From Candidatus Latescibacterota bacterium (GTDB lineage: Bacteria; Latescibacterota; UBA2968; UBA8231): a stretch of 64,000 nt of DNA. The notes under the pieces were generated by a model. It did no database searches. It saw only the letters and a list, made by a program, of their open reading frames with translations, and was not told where the DNA came from. Each line of letters begins with the position of its first letter. Within the stretch, counting starts at the first letter, position 1. Position numbers and translations under genes: made by a program. The stretch is taken from assembly GCA_965223905.1 (NCBI GenBank), contig CBDCXV010000010.1, positions 1,792,001 through 1,856,000 of the forward strand, written 5' to 3'. Below are positions 30,442-39,926 of this stretch, piece by piece.

Positions 30442-31607
30442 ACAGCCTCACCTACCTCGAATGCTCCCGCACGGGAGAGCGGTACGACGCCGGCCAGCTG
30501 CACAACCTCTCCGCGGCGGGAGCCCCGCTGCTGGCGCGCTACGACCTCGACGCGGTCGCCTCCTCCTGGGAGCGGGACAGCCTCGCCGGCCGACCCGCTG
30601 ACATGTGGCGCTACCGGGAAGTCATGCCGCTGCGTCCGGGGGACGACATCGTGACCCTCGGTGAGGGATTCACTCCGCTGTGCCGCGCCGGGCGCCTCGG
30701 GGCGGAGATCGGACTGCGACAGATCTACATCAAGGACGAATCGGCGAACCCGACAGGGTCGTTCAAGGCGCGCGGCCTCTCCGCCGCGGTCACCGCCGCG
30801 GCCGCCCGCGGGGCCCGCGCCCTCGCCATACCGACGGCCGGCAACGCCGGCGGGGCCCTTGCGGCGTACGCCGCGGCAGCCGGTCTCGAGGCGCACGTGT
30901 TCATGCCGGCCGACACCCCGGCCGCGTTCCAGATCGAGTGCCGCTCCTGCGGTGCCCGCCTCGAGCTGGTCGACGGGCTGATCACCGACTGCGGCCGCAT
31001 CGTCGCCGAGCGCAAGGAAGCGGAAGGGTGGTTCGATCTCGCGACCCTGAAGGAGCCGTACCGGGTCGAGGGGAAGAAGACGATGGGGTACGAGCTCGCC
31101 GAGCAGCTCGGCTGGCAGCTGCCGGACGCGATCGTCTACCCCACCGGGGGGGGCACTGGACTGATCGGCATGTGGAAGGCGTTCGACGAGATGGAACGGC
31201 TCGCTTGGATCGGCTCCGCCAGGCCGCGCATGATCTCGGTGCAGGCCTCCGGATGTGCCCCGATCGTGCGCGCCCTCGAAGAGGGAACCGACGGCGCGCG
31301 GCCCTGGGAAGATGCTTCGACGATAGCTTCCGGCCTGCGGGTGCCGGCCGCGGTCGCCGATTTCCTGATGCTGCGGGCGATACGGGAGAGCGGCGGTACC
31401 GCCATCGCCGTGAGCGACGGCGAGCTGGTGGAGGCGACGCACCGGATGGCGCGGCTCACCGGCATCTTCGCCGCCCCGGAAGGGGGCGCTGCCCTGGCCG
31501 GGATCGTCGCCCTGAAGGAGCAAGGGTTCATCGACCCAGGCGAGCGCGTCGTGCTCTTCAACACCGGAAGCGGGTACAAGTATCTCGAGGCCCTCGGCAC
31601 CGGTTGA
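30438..31607 (+). CDS. thrC: Threonine synthase
   Basis: MWRYREVMP, TLGEGFTPL, KDESANPTGSFKARG, AGNAGGA, EGKKTMGYE, YPTGGG, VLFNTGSGYK. Confidence 0.92.
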   Translation: MNSLTYLECSRTGERYDAGQLHNLSAAGAPLLARYDLDAVASSWERDSLAGRPADMWRYREVMPLRPGDDIVTLGEGFTPLCRAGRLGAEIGLRQIYIKDESANPTGSFKARGLSAAVTAAAARGARALAIPTAGNAGGALAAYAAAAGLEAHVFMPADTPAAFQIECRSCGARLELVDGLITDCGRIVAERKEAEGWFDLATLKEPYRVEGKKTMGYELAEQLGWQLPDAIVYPTGGGTGLIGMWKAFDEMERLAWIGSARPRMISVQASGCAPIVRALEEGTDGARPWEDASTIASGLRVPAAVADFLMLRAIRESGGTAIAVSDGELVEATHRMARLTGIFAAPEGGAALAGIVALKEQGFIDPGERVVLFNTGSGYKYLEALGTG

Positions 31608-31668
31608 CGGCGGCGGGGCCATCGCCTAACTTGAGTGCCCACTGTGACTTGCGCGAAAAGCGCGGCGT

Positions 31669-31745
31669 GCACCTATAGCTCAATTGGATAGAGCACCTGA
31701 CTACGGATCAGGAGGTTGGGGGTTCGAATCCCTCTGGGTGCACCA
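31669..31745 (+). tRNA. tRNA-Arg(ACG)
   Basis: GCACCTA...TGGGTGC-A-CCA; anticodon arm CCTGA-CTACGGA-TCAGG. Confidence 0.96.
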
Positions 31746-31757
31746 TCTCCATGGAGA

Positions 31758-31795
31758 GCAAGCGATCCGGAAAACCGGGTCGCTTGTTTCGTTTT
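31758..31795 (+). terminator. Intrinsic terminator after tRNA-Arg
   Basis: GCAAGCGATCCGG-aaaa-CCGGGTCGCTTGT then TTCGTTTT. Confidence 0.8.
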
Positions 31796-32049
31796 ATGTA
31801 TCCGCCGGCCCGCAAGAAGGTCACGAAAATTGACACTGGATGGGGGTCGGCATGGTCGCTTTTCCTCGACAGCTCTAGAATCTCGTCGGTGCTCTGTTGG
31901 TTTCTCGCTTCCGCCGCGCCGAAGAGCCGGCGGGGAATCCGGGAAAGCCGGGCACGATATGATGGTGGCGCTCCTTGCCGCCGTTGCCGCCAGGACATCC
32001 GTGTTCGACAGCAAGGTCAGTGAGTTTCAGGCACCGGCCTTGCGCCAAC

Positions 32050-32880
32050 TCCCCCGCTTGGCCGACTCCGGTCCGCGCGCTCGCTTGCCTGTTCTGCGGG
32101 ATCTGGCCACGGAGAGAACCGGCTCTATCACAACGATGGCGCCTTGGACCTGTGGGTGTCGAGCTATGTAACCTCCTCCGATTTGGTCGCCGCCAGAACC
32201 TCGGGTTGGAACATCCGGTTGAGCTTGCCCACCTCTACAGCGCGGAGACGGCAAGGGGGGCTTCCGGAACGTCCCCCCGAGCATGGCATGACCTTGATGA
32301 CGTTGCCGATGGGCTGCAACTTCGGCGACCTTGCCAACGACGGCTGCCTCGACTTCTACCAGGGCACGGCCCACCCGGGGTACGAGGCGATACCGAATGT
32401 GATGTACCGCAACCCTTGAAGGACCGTTTTAGCGGACGTGACCATGGCTGGCGGCTTCGGCCACCTGCAGAAGGGCCATGGAGTCCCCTTCACAGACCTC
32501 GACTAAGGCGGTAACCAGTACATCTGCATTCAGATGGGGGGCGGCTTCACCGGAGACGCGTTCGGGAACGCGCTGTCGAGAATCCATAGTTCGACAACAA
32601 TCGGATCAAAACGCGGCTTGCGGGTGTGGAGTCGAACCGGCCGGGGGTCGGGGCGCGCATCCGCTGCGAAATCCGGGCGGTAGAAGCGCCCTTCGGTGTA
32701 CAATCACCTCAACAGCCGCGGGAGCTTCGGAACGACCCCATTCATGCAAGGTGATCGGGTTCGGAAAGGCACGCATATCGAGGTGCTGGAGGTCTACTGG
32801 CGACGAGCGATCGGCTCCAGACCTGCCGCGAAGTCGCAGTTGACCAATCGATCCTCATCACCGAGGACGAGGACAGTTTC
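32050..32880 (+). pseudogene. Heavily eroded CRTAC1-family gene
   Basis: Fragments GENRLYHNDG, LDLWVSSY, PMGCNFGDLANDGCLDFY.GT..P.Y...PNVMYRN, ADVTMAGGFGHLQKGHG, GSFG in shifting frames. Confidence 0.7.
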
Positions 32881-33343
32881 GAGCGCCTGCCGCGCCGAGA
32901 AGCTGATGACCGACCGGCCACTCCTCAGGGCGGAAGCACGCAGCTGTAGATAGAAGGCTGTCTTGCACCGCAATGACAATCCGGCTACCCTCTTCGACGC
33001 CGGCGCGCTGCGCTCCTTCGACGCCGTCTGCCGGGCGGCAAGGGCAACAATAGGGCACACAATCATCGGCGACCCATGGCGGCCCTGCACTTCGCCCACA
33101 CGGTCGTGATGCACTGCCACATCCTCAAAGACCTGATTGACGCGCACGAAAACGGGCGGAGGACCATCGGCATCGTCGCCGTCACCGAGGCCTGCATCGA
33201 CATCGCCGAAAGTCACGATCATGGTGGTGCTTGGCTGGACATGCCGCTGGAGAATCGGGACCTGTACGTCTTTCACGACCAAGGCATTCGCGGGGATGGT
33301 TGCATCAGATATCATCGCGAGACAAACCATGCGCTAGCTTTCG

Positions 33344-35335
33344 ATGAAAGATCAGACACAACGGGCCCAAGCCGTCTTGGAGGCATCTGAGCCGAGACAG
33401 GGCGACATGTGGTCGATTACACCCCGCGGCTTCATCGTCGGATGCCTGATGGCAGCAACTATCGCCATCGCCGTCCCCTACGGCGGCATGGTCATCCAGG
33501 GTTCCCGCCTGGGTCTGAGTGCCTGTACCCCCGCCGCCTTCTTCCTCTTCTTCGTTTTTCTGCTCACGGTTCAGGTTGTCCTTGGAGTGCTAAATCGGGC
33601 GTGGCTCCTCAAGCCGGGAGAGCTGATCGTCGTTTTCATCATGATGACGATGGCCACCGCCATCCCAACCCGCGGCGTGGTAGGCATGCTCTTGCCCATG
33701 ATCACGGGCACGTTCTACTTCGCCACGCCGGAAAACAACTGGGCCGAGCTCATCCATCCCTTTCTGCAGGATTGGATGGTGCTTTTCGACGCGGATGCAG
33801 TCAAGGGATTTTACGAGGGCACGAGCTCCGAAATCCCATGGGGGTTGTGGGCACCACTGCTGCTGAGATGGCTGCTTTTCTTCGCCGCGTTCCACCTCAC
33901 CTTTCTGTGTTCCCTGGCGATTCTCAGACGCCAGTGGGTCGAGCATCAGCGCCTGGTTTTCCCTTTGGCTCAGGTCCCGCTGGCCATGATTCAGGCTGGC
34001 GAAAAAGCCGATTCCATCGTCAAGCCGTTCTTCAAGAATCCGGTAATGTGGGGCGGCTTCCTGCTCTCCTTCTGCCTGAACAGCACGAATGCGTTGCATC
34101 ACTACTTCGAGTCCATCCCCGCTCTCATGACCCAGTTCAGCACGGTCCTCTTCCGGGACCACGTCCCGCTGAGCTTTCGCATCAACTTCCTGATGTTCGG
34201 TTTCGCCTACTTCATCGGCTCCAACATCTCCTTCAGCCTCTGGTTCTTCTACGTCCTCCACTTGATCCAGGTCGGCGTCTTCAACATCGTCGGCATTACC
34301 AATCCGGAGAAACTCGGGCACTGGACCGATTCGGGCCCCGTGGGCGCCATCATTGCCCATCAGATGATGGGCGCCCTCACCGTCCTCGTCCTGTTTGGTC
34401 TGTGGACCGGGCGCTCCCACATCAAAGAAGTGCTGTGGAAAGCATGGGACAAAAACGCCCCCGTAGACGATTCGCGGGAGATCATGTCCTACCGGTTCGC
34501 CGTTTTCGGATTCCTCGTCGGGATCGGTACGATGTGGGTGTTCCTGTGGAAAACGGGTATTCCCGCCTGGATCGTACCGCTCTTCATCTTCGCAGCTCTC
34601 ATTATCTGGATCGGCTTGGCTCGAGCCGTCGCCGAGGCCGGCATTCCGACCATCACCCCAGCCATCGTGCCCGCCGGTTTTGTCATCTCCACCGTCGGCG
34701 TTCCTGCTCTGGGGATAAAGGGCATGGTCGCCACGGGAATGACACTCACCTGGGGAGGGGATCTTCTCGCCTTCATCACCGCTCCCATGACCAATGCCAT
34801 CCGTCTGGGCAGCGAAGTGACCAGGCACAGACGTGTCGTGTTCAGCGCCATGGCAACTGCCCTGCTCATCAGCTTGGTCCTCTCTGCTTGCTTCCTCGTG
34901 TACCTCGCCTATCGGGACGGCGCACTGAATCTGCATTCCCAGTACTTCACAGGCTTTGCCCGTGCCCCCTCACAGCTGGCCGTCATGAAGCTCAACGCCC
35001 CCACCGGTCCCAACCTGGTGGGGTGGCTGTGGACAGGCGCCGGCGGCCTGATTATGGCCGCCTTGATGTTTGCCCGCCACTTTTTTGTATGGTGGCCCTT
35101 CCACCCCATCGGTTTTGCCGCCAGTGCGAGCTGGGCGCTGGATGCAACTTGGCTTTCCATCTTTTTTGCCTGGCTGATCAAGGTCATCGTTTTGCAGTTC
35201 GGTGGTCCAACCATATACGAGAAGACCAAGCCGTTTTTCATGGGAATCATCATGGGGCAGTTCGTGGTGGGCGGGTTCTGGGTGATCGTCGACGCCTTCA
35301 CCGGCATGCGGGGCAACGTCATCCGGGTGTACTGA
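33344..35335 (+). CDS. Polytopic membrane protein, DUF6785/DUF6784-type (putative transporter)
   Basis: About 16 TM segments; YFATPENNW, RRQWVEHQRLVFPLAQVP, WWPFHPIGFA, KPFFMGIIMG. Confidence 0.8.
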   Translation: MKDQTQRAQAVLEASEPRQGDMWSITPRGFIVGCLMAATIAIAVPYGGMVIQGSRLGLSACTPAAFFLFFVFLLTVQVVLGVLNRAWLLKPGELIVVFIMMTMATAIPTRGVVGMLLPMITGTFYFATPENNWAELIHPFLQDWMVLFDADAVKGFYEGTSSEIPWGLWAPLLLRWLLFFAAFHLTFLCSLAILRRQWVEHQRLVFPLAQVPLAMIQAGEKADSIVKPFFKNPVMWGGFLLSFCLNSTNALHHYFESIPALMTQFSTVLFRDHVPLSFRINFLMFGFAYFIGSNISFSLWFFYVLHLIQVGVFNIVGITNPEKLGHWTDSGPVGAIIAHQMMGALTVLVLFGLWTGRSHIKEVLWKAWDKNAPVDDSREIMSYRFAVFGFLVGIGTMWVFLWKTGIPAWIVPLFIFAALIIWIGLARAVAEAGIPTITPAIVPAGFVISTVGVPALGIKGMVATGMTLTWGGDLLAFITAPMTNAIRLGSEVTRHRRVVFSAMATALLISLVLSACFLVYLAYRDGALNLHSQYFTGFARAPSQLAVMKLNAPTGPNLVGWLWTGAGGLIMAALMFARHFFVWWPFHPIGFAASASWALDATWLSIFFAWLIKVIVLQFGGPTIYEKTKPFFMGIIMGQFVVGGFWVIVDAFTGMRGNVIRVY

Positions 35336-35378
35336 CGCGCTTGCGGGCACATGATCACCTTCTATGACACACCGATCC

Positions 35379-36047
35379 TCAAGGCGTTAAAAAAGCCTCC
35401 GGCTCCAGCACCGCTGTCGTGAACCGGGCTTTTCGGATGGCGCCTTTGTACCAATACACCTTGTTGATGCGCACGCCCAGCGATGTTCCGCCCTGCGTCT
35501 GCGCCTCAAACATGACGTCGCAGGACATTTCAAATCTGCCGTTGACATAATGACGCATTTCTTTGCCGTCTAAAACGATTGCTGCGTGATACCAGGGGCC
35601 TATGGGGTGCTTGAAGTCCTTTGCATAGAGGGTGTAGTTGTTTTCGCCAGATTTCACAAAGGTATCCAGGAACCAATAGTCGTCGTCGGTGAGGCGGGTT
35701 TCGAACATCACGCGATCTTCGCTGTCGTCTTCTTGCATGTGGAAGAAGCGTTGCTCTTTCAGGCCATTCGGGTAGGGCTGGAAGATGACTTCAACGGTAA
35801 AGACCTCGGCGCCGGCCAAGGGATGCGTGGGCAGGAAGATGCCGTCATCATCGCCGTCAAACTCCAGGGCCTTTCCGTTTGTTGTTACGATCACCTTCGG
35901 ATTGCCCACCACTTCCACTTTATGCCCGCTGACTGTCTCCAGATTGTCCAGTTCCCAGACCACCTGTTTCACAAGCTTTCCCTCCTGGCCACCTGTGGAC
36001 GACACGCAGGCCAAGCCCAGAAATAAGCACAACATCCAGCCTTTCAC
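35379..36047 (-). CDS. Exported LamG-like jellyroll domain protein
   Basis: Signal peptide; GKALEFDGDDD, FTVEVIF, WYHAAIVLDG..YVNG, YKGAI. Confidence 0.82.
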   Translation of the reverse strand: MKGWMLCLFLGLACVSSTGGQEGKLVKQVVWELDNLETVSGHKVEVVGNPKVIVTTNGKALEFDGDDDGIFLPTHPLAGAEVFTVEVIFQPYPNGLKEQRFFHMQEDDSEDRVMFETRLTDDDYWFLDTFVKSGENNYTLYAKDFKHPIGPWYHAAIVLDGKEMRHYVNGRFEMSCDVMFEAQTQGGTSLGVRINKVYWYKGAIRKARFTTAVLEPEAFLTP

Positions 36048-36087
36048 GAATTCGCCTTTCCCATCGGTACTCTTAAATGGCTTGGCT

Positions 36088-37785
36088 TCAGAGCCCCTCT
36101 TCGACCACTGAATAGGCATTTATTGGCAGATCCGTCAAACGCTGCAGGGTCCCTCCCGGCCAATGAACATGAAGCGAATCGACTGCTGTTGCCTGGCCCA
36201 AGCCAAAGTGCAGACGCCGATCGCTGCTGCTCAAAAAACTGTCGCCGCAGAGCACATCCCGCCTTTGCTGCTGTCCCCCACTCCACAAGTACACCTTGGC
36301 CCCAACCCCCTGGCTATTGGCCCCTACCCCCACCAGAGACAGCCCCAGCCAATTGTGCTGCCCAACAGCGACGTTGCGCAACAGCGTCGGCCGCTCGTTG
36401 AGATTGGTTACGAAGAGGTCCAGGCGACCATCGTTGTCAAAATCTCCCGCTACCGCACCCCGACTTACTGCTCCAGTTCGGGCCGCCCCTGCCGCCGGCC
36501 ACACCAAGGTAAAATGGCCGCCGTCGTTGTCGTAAAGGTGGTTGGCTTGCCCGTAGGTAGTAGGACTTCCCGTCACCTCGACCTGGGGATAGACATGGCC
36601 GTTGGCGACAAAGAGATCCAAGTCCGCGTCGTTGTCATAGTCGATAAAAACCGTTCCGAAGCCCACAAGGGGTAGACTGGTGCGGGCGAGACCCACGGCA
36701 AAGCTAATGTCTTTAAAAGTGCCGTCCCCCCCATTGCGGTAGAGGGTGTTGTAATCGTCCTCAAAATTGCTGACGAAGAGATCGGCCGCCCCATCGTTGT
36801 CGTAGTCGCCAAAAGCCACCCCCATCCCGGCCTGGGGCAGTCCCATTTCGTTAAAGGCCGCATTAGCCTGCAGACCAATCTCGAAAAAGGTGCCATCGCC
36901 GTTGTTGCGGTAGAGGAAATTGGGCGTCGAGTCGTTGGCGATGTATAGATCGGCATCGCCGTCGCTGTCGAGGTCGGCGAACAGCACCCCAAACCCGTAA
37001 CCTGGTTCCTCTTGCCCGACCCCACTGGACGCGGTGATGTTGGCAAAGGTGCCATCACTATTATTGCGAAAGAGCAGGTCGGGCACCGCCGGCAAGCTCA
37101 AAGGGCCGACAAAGACATCTTTGCCTTTCCACTGCGTTCCCAAGGGCCGAATGGCTTCTAACTCGAAATCGGCATAGTTGGCCACGTATAGATCCAGGTC
37201 GCCGTCCAGATCGCAATCTCCCATAGCCGCGCCGGTACTCCACTCCGGCGCTTCCACTCCCGCCTGAGTCGTCACATCGGCAAAGTCCCCTTTGCCATCG
37301 TTGCGGTAGAGGATATTCTGCTGCAGGCAGGTGACATACAAATCGACATCGCCGTCGTTGTCGTAGTCGGCACTCAGCGCCCCCATTCCCCAGCCGTAGC
37401 CCGGCGCGCCCTGCGCTGTGGCCACATCGGCAAAGCCCCTTTCGCCGTCGTTGCGGTAGAGGGCATTGCCCCCGCCTTGCCCCGGGTCTTCCAGCTGGGC
37501 GCCATTGACCCAATAGATGTCCAGATCGCCGTCGCCCTCGGCATCCAACAATGCTGCACCTCCGCCTTTAGCCTCGACGATATATCGCTTTTCCGAGCCA
37601 CCGCCCATATGGCGACGGGTCACGCCCCACGCCGCCGACATATCGACAAAAGGGCCATGCGCATCTGTTGCGGTTGACGCGGGAAGATTGGCTGGTGGAG
37701 TGGATTGAGAACAGGTTGCCAAAGCGAACAACGCCATAGCGAGGGGGGCGGATAATCCGCTCGGACCTTTTCCAGCTGTTGACAT
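36088..37785 (-). CDS. CRTAC1 family protein (FG-GAP + ASPIC/UnbV)
   Basis: YIVEAKGGGAALLD, DYDNDGDVDLYVT, AGMGVAFGDYDNDG, LFVANGHVYPQV, SFLSSSDRRLHFGLG. Confidence 0.92.
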   Translation of the reverse strand: MSTAGKGPSGLSAPLAMALFALATCSQSTPPANLPASTATDAHGPFVDMSAAWGVTRRHMGGGSEKRYIVEAKGGGAALLDAEGDGDLDIYWVNGAQLEDPGQGGGNALYRNDGERGFADVATAQGAPGYGWGMGALSADYDNDGDVDLYVTCLQQNILYRNDGKGDFADVTTQAGVEAPEWSTGAAMGDCDLDGDLDLYVANYADFELEAIRPLGTQWKGKDVFVGPLSLPAVPDLLFRNNSDGTFANITASSGVGQEEPGYGFGVLFADLDSDGDADLYIANDSTPNFLYRNNGDGTFFEIGLQANAAFNEMGLPQAGMGVAFGDYDNDGAADLFVSNFEDDYNTLYRNGGDGTFKDISFAVGLARTSLPLVGFGTVFIDYDNDADLDLFVANGHVYPQVEVTGSPTTYGQANHLYDNDGGHFTLVWPAAGAARTGAVSRGAVAGDFDNDGRLDLFVTNLNERPTLLRNVAVGQHNWLGLSLVGVGANSQGVGAKVYLWSGGQQQRRDVLCGDSFLSSSDRRLHFGLGQATAVDSLHVHWPGGTLQRLTDLPINAYSVVEEGL

Positions 37786-37882
37786 AAAATTCCTGACGCC
37801 CTCTTGACACTCCGGCAGAGAGTGTAGTACTTGCGCTTTTACAGTCACCCGCCGGAAGGGGCTCCCCGGAGGAATCCATTAA

Positions 37883-39853
37883 GTGCAGTCCCCGAGGCTA
37901 TTTCTCATTGCCTTGACGTGCCTGATCGCCGCCTGCGGCGCTGACGATGGCCTTGTTGTCGCCGAGGTCGACAGCTACTCCATCACCGCTCCAGCTCTCC
38001 GGACCTACGTCGAACGACTTCCACTAAACCTCCATTTTGTCGCCGGCGATTCAACCGCGAAGCGCCAATACCTCCAGGCGCTCATCGACCGCCGACTTCT
38101 GCTCTTAGAAGCCCGGGCCCGCGGCTTGGACACCACGGGCGCCGTGGGACAAGCCCAAGCGACCGACGACAGCCTCGGGCGCGAAAATCTCCTGCTCGAA
38201 GCCCTGAAAAACACCGTTGGCGATCCATCCCTTTCCGAGGCTGAAATCCGCCGCTTCTACCGCAACCATCCCGAACTTTTCTACGACGAATCCACCCAGG
38301 CACCACAACCATACGAAAAAGCCGAGGCTCGTGCCCGCAGCCTTTTGTTGAGCCAGCGCAGCGAAACAGACCTGCAACTGCTTTTGGCCCAGGTGCGGCA
38401 CAAATACCACCAGCAGGTCCGCGTCTACCCCGACCGCCTCGAGCGTGCCCTGAGCGATTCCCTGCTCCAAACCAGTGACCAGCGGCGCGCGGTCCAGCTC
38501 AGCCGCCGCGGCGGCGCTTTACTGCAGCAGGGCCGGCCGCGCCGAGCCCTCACCGCGTTGGAGCGGGCCATAGCATTTGACCCTGCTTTGGACAAAGCTC
38601 ACTTCAATCGCGGCCTTGCCCACGCCCGCCTCAGCCAACACGACCAGGCCCTGGCCGCCTTCGAACGGGCCATCGAACTCAATCCCCACATCGCCGATTA
38701 CTACTACGCACTAGGCACCACCCTGCATGCCCAACACCGCTACGCCGAAGCGGCTACTCACTTGCAAAGAGCAATCGAGTTGGCCCCAGACCAACCCCAC
38801 TACCACTTTCGCCTGGGAGAGGCTTTTCGCTCCCTTATCGCCCTCGAAGAGGCTCGAAGAGCCTACGCCGCCGCCCTGCGTCTGCAACCGGACCTAAGCG
38901 ATGCCCGCTACCGGTACAGCGACCTGCTCGGCCGCAGCGGCGACTTGGTGGGGGCGGCCGCGGGCTTTGAACGCATCCTCGTCCAAGAGCCGCGCAATGT
39001 CTCGGCCCTTGTCGGACTGGCCTGGGTCCACACCAAAGCTGAACAGCACCACCGAGCCGTCCAATCCCTGCAACAGGCCACCCGCCTGGCGCCCGACAAT
39101 GCCAACGCCCACTATCTTTTGAGCCAGGCCTACGCCCAAATCGATCAGCAAGCCCAAGCCGATTCCGTACTGGCAATTTTCAAGCGCCTGAGCACCGCCG
39201 AGCGCCACTACAACGAGGGCGTCAAGAACATCAAACGAAGAAACTGGAGTCGGGCCAGCGCCCTTTTGACCCAGGCTATCCAGATCGATTCCACCCACCT
39301 GCAGGCCTATGTCCGCCTGGGCAAGGTGCATCTCTACCAAAATGCTGCGGACAAAGGCATCGCTGTTTTGGCGCGGGCCCTCGACCTCGATTCCAGCAAC
39401 GTCGAAGTCCGCTGCCTTCTGGGCGAAGCGCATCTTGTAAGAGAAAGACCCGACTCGGCCCAGCATTTCTTTGCCGGCGCTCTTGACCTGGATTCTACCT
39501 CGGTGCGGGCGCACTACGGCCGGGGCCAAGCGGCCTATCAAAGCGGCGCCTGGGCCGCCGCGGTAGCCGCCTTCCAAGCAGCGCTAACCATCGATGCCGA
39601 CCACCGCGACACCTACTACCAGTTGGGCCTGACTTACTTGAAGCTGGGCAAACACCGCAAGGCGGCATACAGCCTGCAGCAATGTCTCGAGATCGACCCT
39701 GACGATGTTCAGGCCAACTACGCACTGGGCACTTTGTATATGCATTACGGCGAACCGCAGCTGGCACGGCGGGCCTTCGACAAAGTGCTCGAGCAAGACC
39801 CCAACTACGCAAAAGCGCGAGAGAAGCGGGCGCAACTCGAGCACGAAAACTGA
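37883..39853 (+). CDS. Lipoprotein: SurA/PrsA-like N-terminal domain + long TPR array
   Basis: IAA-C lipobox; VVAEVD..IT, LQALIDRRLLLLEARARGLD, SEAEIRRFY; about 12 TPRs. Confidence 0.8.
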   Translation: MQSPRLFLIALTCLIAACGADDGLVVAEVDSYSITAPALRTYVERLPLNLHFVAGDSTAKRQYLQALIDRRLLLLEARARGLDTTGAVGQAQATDDSLGRENLLLEALKNTVGDPSLSEAEIRRFYRNHPELFYDESTQAPQPYEKAEARARSLLLSQRSETDLQLLLAQVRHKYHQQVRVYPDRLERALSDSLLQTSDQRRAVQLSRRGGALLQQGRPRRALTALERAIAFDPALDKAHFNRGLAHARLSQHDQALAAFERAIELNPHIADYYYALGTTLHAQHRYAEAATHLQRAIELAPDQPHYHFRLGEAFRSLIALEEARRAYAAALRLQPDLSDARYRYSDLLGRSGDLVGAAAGFERILVQEPRNVSALVGLAWVHTKAEQHHRAVQSLQQATRLAPDNANAHYLLSQAYAQIDQQAQADSVLAIFKRLSTAERHYNEGVKNIKRRNWSRASALLTQAIQIDSTHLQAYVRLGKVHLYQNAADKGIAVLARALDLDSSNVEVRCLLGEAHLVRERPDSAQHFFAGALDLDSTSVRAHYGRGQAAYQSGAWAAAVAAFQAALTIDADHRDTYYQLGLTYLKLGKHRKAAYSLQQCLEIDPDDVQANYALGTLYMHYGEPQLARRAFDKVLEQDPNYAKAREKRAQLEHEN

Positions 39854-39926
39854 AATGGCGGGAGTGGGGGTCGGGGACGCGGTCGGCCTGGCCGCTTCGC
39901 TCGCCGGCAGCGAAAACTGGCTGGTG

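Noticed and set aside
31720-31745. tRNA 3' end as att site of an integrative element
   Set aside because: No second copy noticed and no integrase in the window
33076-33390. VMHCHIL as a multicopper oxidase motif
   Set aside because: The following H/M ligands and other copper motifs are absent; short doubtful ORF
33409-35367. 652-aa alternative-frame ORF and similar long Arg/Pro-rich overlapping ORFs throughout
   Set aside because: Typical stop-poor shadow frames of high-GC coding DNA
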